Assembly (NCBI GenBank): GCA_016699795.1
Contig: CP065011.1
Location: 78,168-142,167, forward strand
Length of the DNA: 64,000 nt
From: Candidatus Moraniibacteriota bacterium
GTDB lineage: Bacteria; Patescibacteriota; Minisyncoccia; Moranbacterales; GCA-2747515
Direction of reading: 5' to 3'
The translations under genes and the position numbers were made by a program. Below the pieces are notes generated by a model. The model was given only the letters and a program-made list of their open reading frames with translations, was not told where the DNA came from and did no database searches. Shown here piece after piece: positions 58,784-64,000 of this stretch. Positions within the stretch are counted from its first letter, which is position 1; the number at the start of each line of letters is the position of its first letter.

Positions 58784-59611
58784 TTATTCGTAACTTTCCA
58801 TAAAAGTACGAAATTTCTCCAATTCATACCGAGCAATCTTATCGAAATTATTGCATTTAGAAGCAAAAGGTGCCTCTTCGAGAGAGGTTACTACTATACC
58901 CAGACCGCGATCGTCTCTCCCGGCTGAAATAATAGGATTATTCTCTCTACTAAGAGTTACCTTAGAAAGAAACATCGGCATTTCTTCTATAATTTTTCGC
59001 AGTTGGAAAACCTCCTCTGGAAATCCCCCTTCTACAAAAATAGAGCAATTCCCATAAATATTCCATTTTTCAACAACTTGACGAGCTACATAAGCATAGA
59101 GAGGTTCTCCTCCAGCAAGAGCTCTCCCCTGAAATTCATCCGATCCAGAATGAGAAGTTCGACAGAGAACCATTATTCCTTTTTCTCTTCTTTCAAGGAT
59201 TGCATTGAGAGATTTCATTCCCAAGTAAGGATTCACAGTGATAGCATCCACTCCCAAAACATCAAATGCATAATGTCCGAAGTTAGTAACTGCTCTAGGA
59301 GAGTTATTTAGACGAGCATCCAAAATAATTGGAACGTTTGGGGCCAAAGAATGAATATTTCTCACCGTTTGAAGAAGTGCTTCAATACCCTGAACTCCCC
59401 ATATTTGATAGAAAATAACATCGAGTTTATATGCGCACACAAGGTCTTTCGTTGCTTGTATGATTTTTCGATTAAATGCTTCTACAACATTCGTAACGAA
59501 AAATGGCTGAAACTCTTGATATCTATCTTTCACACAACGAGGAATCCGGTACAAATCGCCATCAAGCTCCACGCAAATGAATTTACCTTGAAACCATTGA
59601 GCTTCCAACAT
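58784..59611 (-). CDS. Orotidine-5'-phosphate decarboxylase type 2-like protein (catalytic residues possibly substituted)
   Basis: 275 aa. FICVELDGDL (cf. LCVGLDP), IILDARLNNSP (cf. DxKxxD(I)G), VDAITVNPYLG (cf. DAVTVSPYLG of type-2 PyrF). Confidence 0.5.
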   Translation of the reverse strand: MLEAQWFQGKFICVELDGDLYRIPRCVKDRYQEFQPFFVTNVVEAFNRKIIQATKDLVCAYKLDVIFYQIWGVQGIEALLQTVRNIHSLAPNVPIILDARLNNSPRAVTNFGHYAFDVLGVDAITVNPYLGMKSLNAILERREKGIMVLCRTSHSGSDEFQGRALAGGEPLYAYVARQVVEKWNIYGNCSIFVEGGFPEEVFQLRKIIEEMPMFLSKVTLSRENNPIISAGRDDRGLGIVVTSLEEAPFASKCNNFDKIARYELEKFRTFMESYE

Positions 59612-60107
59612 TTATTTCGCGAAAATTACGATTCATTTTTCTCTCCACTGAAAGTTATTCTTAAAAAAGTACCCTATAAAATGTCTTGCATTTCATATCC
59701 AAGAAATCCTATCAGAAAGAAAAAGAAAAATCAAAAAAACAGCGACATTTCTTTTTAAGAAACACCGCTAAAAAATAAGAAAGCTAAGATAACACCGTTA
59801 TGTCTAATAAGTTTTATTAATGAGAGAAGGTGTATGCACTACCATATTAGCCACAAAACTCATGGTAGTGTAGAACATTAAGGAAGTTATGATTGTTGGA
59901 TTCCAATACCAATAATATGTATCCACGATATTCTCCTTTGCTTCATTTGAAGCTTTTTAGAACGGTTAAATGAACCCTCTTTCCTGCAAATCGAGTATAT
60001 AACACAATTCTTATAAAAGAAAATAAAGTGTTTTAAAAAATGGACTTATTTACAAACCCCCACCTTCACAAGGGAAACAAGAGAGAAAGGATTCATTCTC
60101 TCCCCTC

Positions 60108-63100
60108 CTACCCTCCCGTCCAAGCAAAGATTTCTTTGAAGTTCTTTATGATGAGTTCTACAACAGATTCTTTTGTTTGTGGTGTAAGGGTGATGTAGTC
60201 TTTGGTTATGGTTTCATTCCCACTCAGATCTTTTACTATGACTTTGTAAGAGTAGAGAGTTCCTGGTTTCCAAGAGGTGAGTACAATGATGTGATTCTTT
60301 GTTGGGGAAGAACTTACATTCACTGTTTTTTCTTCTCCTGCTCTTCCTTCTTTGTAGATGAGGGAGGAAGAAGCATCTTCATCTGTTTGCCAGTTAATAA
60401 TCATTTGTACTTTTCCGTTTTGTGAAAGAGCGGAGTCGGTAGAGACTCTTTCTACTGTAGGAGAAGTTTCATCTTTTTGCATAGTGAATTCTATCTCATC
60501 AGAGAGAGTTTCATTTCCCATATCATCTCTGACTCGTACAGTAAGAACGTAGTTTTCTCCAGGAGTGAGTTCTTTGAGGGTGAGGGAGTGAGTTTGGAGG
60601 AGGGAGGGATTTCCTTCACTCTTTTGATCTTCTTCTTTGTTTTTGTTTTTGTAGGTTACAAGAGAGTCGGTAAGAGTATCAGTAAGGAAGTTTACTTTTG
60701 CTTCTCTGTCTGAAAGAACTTCTATCTTGATTTCTTTGATTTGTGGTGGAGACTTTGGTTCAAAGGTAGAGTCGGAAGAAGAGAAGAGATTTTTTGATTC
60801 ATCTTCTCCTTTTACTCGGAAGTGGTAGGTAGAGTTTTCTAAAAGATTGTTTATGATAATTTCATGATCTTTTTTGAGTTCTTCACTTTTTCTTGTTTGT
60901 CCATAGTTTTCTGTGTTTCCATATTCAACAATAGAGGTAGTGGGAGTGGAAGTTTTCCATGTGATAGTTGTTTCCCCTATTTGTTTGGAAGAAGCTTTAA
61001 TGGAAGAGATGGAAGAAGGAGATTGCGTTTGGAAGGTTTGTTGGGAGGAGGTGCCTATGTTTCCGGCGGTGTCGTAGGAAAGTGCAGAATAATAGTATTT
61101 TGTAGATGGGATGAGACCTCGTAGGGTTACGCTATGCGCTGTGGAAAATTTAGTAGGATTTTTATTTACCAAATCATCTCCCGCCATATTTCCATACTCT
61201 TTTACACTCCCATAACTCACCAAACTATTCCCCACTTCATCCGTCTCCCAACTGACGACTGCACTCTCTCCTGTAATGTCTTTGACTTTGACTCCTGAGA
61301 TAGAGGGAGGAGTAGATTCTGCTTGTTCACTTCCACTGTCTACTTGTTTGAGTTTTGTTGTGAAGCTTTTTTCTTCACTCTCTATGAGGGTTCCAAGATT
61401 ATCTTCACAAAGAAGTTTGTAGAAGTAGGTTGTGTTAAAGATGAGTCCTCCAAGATGCAGGGAATGGAGTGTGTCATAGATTCCTGTCGCTTCTGTTTGA
61501 GGAACTTCTTGGTAGTTTCTTGATTGGGTTCCATATTCAAGGATGCAGTTTGCTGCTTGATCCGTCTGGAAGGTTATGACTGCTTTTTGATCAGTGAGTA
61601 CTTTAGGAGGATCACTGATAGTATGAATCTTTGAAAGAGGTGCATGATTGTATTCTGGATCTAAGGTTGTTTTCATTGTTTGTATATCACTCTGTGATTC
61701 GTTTTGATTGATATCTTTAACACTCACTTGATATTCATACTCTGTATCAGGAGTAAGAGTATCGAGTACCCTGTAGTGAGATCTATCGTATGTTGTTCCT
61801 TGTTCTGTTTGTGTGAAGGTAAGGCTTCCTTTTTTTCTGTACTGAAGGAGGAAGGATGCTTCTTCATCTGTGTTTGCTGTAATAACTGCTTTGTCATTTG
61901 AGATAAGAGATGTTTGAAGATTCGTTATGGTAGGAGGTGTTTCGTCGAGTGTTGTAGAGAATTGAAAATAGTTTCCTCCATTATTGTCATTGGCAATGTT
62001 TCCTTGTGAGTCGGTGGAGGTAACGTAGAAATAGTAGGTGGTTCCTTGAGTAAGAGCATCTAAGGTTACTTGATGATTTTTTGTAAGAACACTTGATCCG
62101 GAGAGAGTGATAGGATCGATAAGAGATCCATTCTTGTTTTCACTGTAATGGAGTACAGAGTCTGCAGGGACATTCGTATTCCAGAATATGGTTGCTTGTG
62201 TGTTAGAAGCACTTGATACCGCTACACCACTGATAGAAGGTCCAGGATTCGTTGTGACTTCATATCCATTGCCATTATTGTCATTGACTCCGGTATTGCC
62301 TTGAGGATCAGTAGAGGCAACTCTAAAGAAGTAGGGAGTGTTTGGTGTGAGGTTGGTAAGAGTGACTCTATGAAGTCCTGATTGTGCTTGGGTGTCAGCA
62401 TAGGTAGAGACTCCTGTTTGTTTGGTATAGGTGTTGGGAGTGGTTGCATATTCTACACGAGAGTCAGAGAGTTCATCTGTTTCCCATGTGATAGTTACGG
62501 TTGTGGTGTCTTTAGATTCTACGGTTACGTTTTGTAGAACAGGAGGGGTTTGATCTGATCCTCCTCCACCTTCTCCGAAGTCTTGAATACCATTTGCTTT
62601 CATCGTAACGGTTTGTGAGAAGAAAGAAACATTTCCTGGTGTGTCTGTTGTCTTTGCTTTGTAGGTGTAGAGAATGTCTGGTTGTGGGGTAGCATCAGTA
62701 AGGAAGTTTGTTGTTCTTGAGGTTATGATATTTTGAAGCGTATAGGTAGTAGCGTCATCACTTCTATAGAGTTTGTAGTTTCCGAATCCTGTTGGAGGTT
62801 CTTCTATTGTTTTGAATCCTACGAAGGCTCGGTATTCTGGAGGGGTAAGAAGCATATTACTCGTATCTTGAGAAATGACTCGTGTAGGAGTTTCTGGAGT
62901 AGTTGTGTGTATGGTTTGTGTTTCATTCCCGTATTGATCTTTGAAGCGAGTATAGACAATGTCGGGATCAGTTTCGAGTTTTATTGTTACCGTTGCATTA
63001 AAAGGTTCCCAAGGAGAGTTGGTAAGGTTTTCGTCAAGAGAAATCTTCATCTGTGTTGGAGAGTCATCACTGACTCCAAGAGTAAGAACAGATGTGGTGG

Positions 63101-64000
63101 AGGGAATGGTGAGGTCTTGAGTGGAAGCATCAACAAGGAGGGAGGGATTGGTGGGAGTTTTTGTATCGAGGGTAAAGGTATTTGATTCAGCTCGTGCGAT
63201 ATTATTCGCTCCTTCATTGTCACTTACGGTTACACGGATTTTTGCATTGGTAAGATAGAAAGATTCACTTACGAGAGAAGGAGTCCAGGTAGCACTGTGT
63301 GTTGTGTACGTATCTTGATTCACTGTTTTGTTTTGTATATCTTCGGGAGCTAGAGTATTGGAAGCGATATTGATCCAACTACTTCCATTGTAGTATTCAA
63401 AGCTCGGAGTAACTATTCCTGGAGTATTGGTTCCGGTATTGGTATCTTCATCTTTTGTTTCGTACGTGATAGTTACTGTTTTATCAGTATTGGGAGTAGT
63501 GGTTACATTTTGAATCATAGGGAAAGCATTCACAACATAGCCTACTTTTACATCATCGACTTGAGGTTGAGAAAGAAGGTCAGGAGAAGAAAGATCTACT
63601 TTGTATTGAAAGAAGCGATCTTCAAAGATATCTTTCATATCTTGAGGGATAGCACTGGCTGTGCAACTTACCGTTGTATTGTTTTTTGTACAATGTGTAG
63701 TAAGAGAAGAGGGAGTAGATTGTGCTATTTGTATCCAGGGGGAAGAAGAAAGATTTCCTTTCGTTCCTGCAGTTTTGAGAGAAAGAGTTACTGAAGAACC
63801 TGTTGGGAGTATTTCATTTTCTTTCCATTCTATTGTTCCCATGACATTAGCATCACTACTGGAATCAAATGCTGAAGAGATAAGAGAACCAGCAAGGTAT
63901 CCAGATTTAAGTGAACCTGCGCTTCCATCAGTTGCAGGTGCGGTAGCTCCTTTTGTTCCTCCGAGTGTTTGAATCGTTTGATTGGTAAATGTTTTGTTTT
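60108..64000 (-). CDS. Giant secreted surface protein with ~10 fibronectin-III-like repeats; N-terminus beyond the right window edge (over 1290 aa)
   Basis: The reading frame is open from 60108 to position 64000; the track reports only the first in-window ATG at 63842. Repeated ~100-aa modules of pattern VTITWETDE..S.VEYG....Y......T.H.VTL..L.P.T.YYFRV.S.D..GN. C-terminus ...ELIIKNFKEIFAWTGG. Confidence 0.6.
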   Translation of the reverse strand, partial: NKTFTNQTIQTLGGTKGATAPATDGSAGSLKSGYLAGSLISSAFDSSSDANVMGTIEWKENEILPTGSSVTLSLKTAGTKGNLSSSPWIQIAQSTPSSLTTHCTKNNTTVSCTASAIPQDMKDIFEDRFFQYKVDLSSPDLLSQPQVDDVKVGYVVNAFPMIQNVTTTPNTDKTVTITYETKDEDTNTGTNTPGIVTPSFEYYNGSSWINIASNTLAPEDIQNKTVNQDTYTTHSATWTPSLVSESFYLTNAKIRVTVSDNEGANNIARAESNTFTLDTKTPTNPSLLVDASTQDLTIPSTTSVLTLGVSDDSPTQMKISLDENLTNSPWEPFNATVTIKLETDPDIVYTRFKDQYGNETQTIHTTTPETPTRVISQDTSNMLLTPPEYRAFVGFKTIEEPPTGFGNYKLYRSDDATTYTLQNIITSRTTNFLTDATPQPDILYTYKAKTTDTPGNVSFFSQTVTMKANGIQDFGEGGGGSDQTPPVLQNVTVESKDTTTVTITWETDELSDSRVEYATTPNTYTKQTGVSTYADTQAQSGLHRVTLTNLTPNTPYFFRVASTDPQGNTGVNDNNGNGYEVTTNPGPSISGVAVSSASNTQATIFWNTNVPADSVLHYSENKNGSLIDPITLSGSSVLTKNHQVTLDALTQGTTYYFYVTSTDSQGNIANDNNGGNYFQFSTTLDETPPTITNLQTSLISNDKAVITANTDEEASFLLQYRKKGSLTFTQTEQGTTYDRSHYRVLDTLTPDTEYEYQVSVKDINQNESQSDIQTMKTTLDPEYNHAPLSKIHTISDPPKVLTDQKAVITFQTDQAANCILEYGTQSRNYQEVPQTEATGIYDTLHSLHLGGLIFNTTYFYKLLCEDNLGTLIESEEKSFTTKLKQVDSGSEQAESTPPSISGVKVKDITGESAVVSWETDEVGNSLVSYGSVKEYGNMAGDDLVNKNPTKFSTAHSVTLRGLIPSTKYYYSALSYDTAGNIGTSSQQTFQTQSPSSISSIKASSKQIGETTITWKTSTPTTSIVEYGNTENYGQTRKSEELKKDHEIIINNLLENSTYHFRVKGEDESKNLFSSSDSTFEPKSPPQIKEIKIEVLSDREAKVNFLTDTLTDSLVTYKNKNKEEDQKSEGNPSLLQTHSLTLKELTPGENYVLTVRVRDDMGNETLSDEIEFTMQKDETSPTVERVSTDSALSQNGKVQMIINWQTDEDASSSLIYKEGRAGEEKTVNVSSSPTKNHIIVLTSWKPGTLYSYKVIVKDLSGNETITKDYITLTPQTKESVVELIIKNFKEIFAWTGG

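Noticed and set aside
1-64000. Alternative genetic code (UGA recoding as in SR1/Gracilibacteria)
   Set aside because: Highly conserved genes (ribosomal proteins, rfbB, rlmN, murJ, smc) are uninterrupted under the standard code and end at plausible positions.
1-64000. CRISPR arrays, integrases, transposases, prophage or known defence systems
   Set aside because: No regularly spaced direct repeats and no recombinase, RT, nuclease or ATPase combinations typical of defence islands. The tandem repeats found are 13-21 bp duplications or coding repeats.

Overview
This 64-kb window is AT-rich (roughly 30-35% GC by eye) and coded almost entirely on the minus strand. The standard genetic code applies: conserved genes are intact, with no in-frame TGA. 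The gene content points to a small-genome, monoderm-like, CPR/Patescibacteria-type bacterium, though that is inference. Supporting it are an ADP-forming acetyl-CoA synthetase, two DUF4012 proteins, many GT4 glycosyltransferases, an LCP protein, a short hingeless SMC, an RpoA lacking its C-terminal domain, giant repeat-rich surface proteins and sparse Shine-Dalgarno usage. Recognisable features are as follows. (1) A lysS fragment lies at the left edge. (2) A very large cell-envelope glycopolymer locus holds about seven GT4 plus one GT2 glycosyltransferases, two Wzy/O-antigen-ligase-like polymerases, three Wzz/PCP-like proteins, LCP, MurJ, RfbB, RfbC, a CtpA-like S41 protease and two DUF4012 proteins. 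(3) A ribosomal-protein array reads infA-rpmJ-rpsM-rpsK-rpsD-rpoA-rplQ-rplM-rpsI; rpmJ was missing from the ORF track. (4) Housekeeping genes are htpX, smpB, smc, rnc, nusB, rpmF, rlmN and one tRNA-Ala(UGC). (5) Surface proteins include an SBBP/FG-GAP-like propeller protein with three perfectly homogenised 110-133 bp internal repeats, a thrombospondin-type-3 repeat protein and an FN3-repeat giant protein of more than 1290 aa that runs off the right edge. The most anomalous element is a roughly 3.2-kb GC-rich island (about 5636-8870). It has its own sigma70-like promoter, palindromic operator-like sites and strong GGAGG ribosome-binding sites. It encodes three exported proteins: a Cys-rich small protein homologous to its AT-rich neighbour, a LysM protein with a beta-rich C-terminal domain, and a lipoprotein. 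No integrase, transposase, CRISPR array, reverse transcriptase or recognisable defence system was found.
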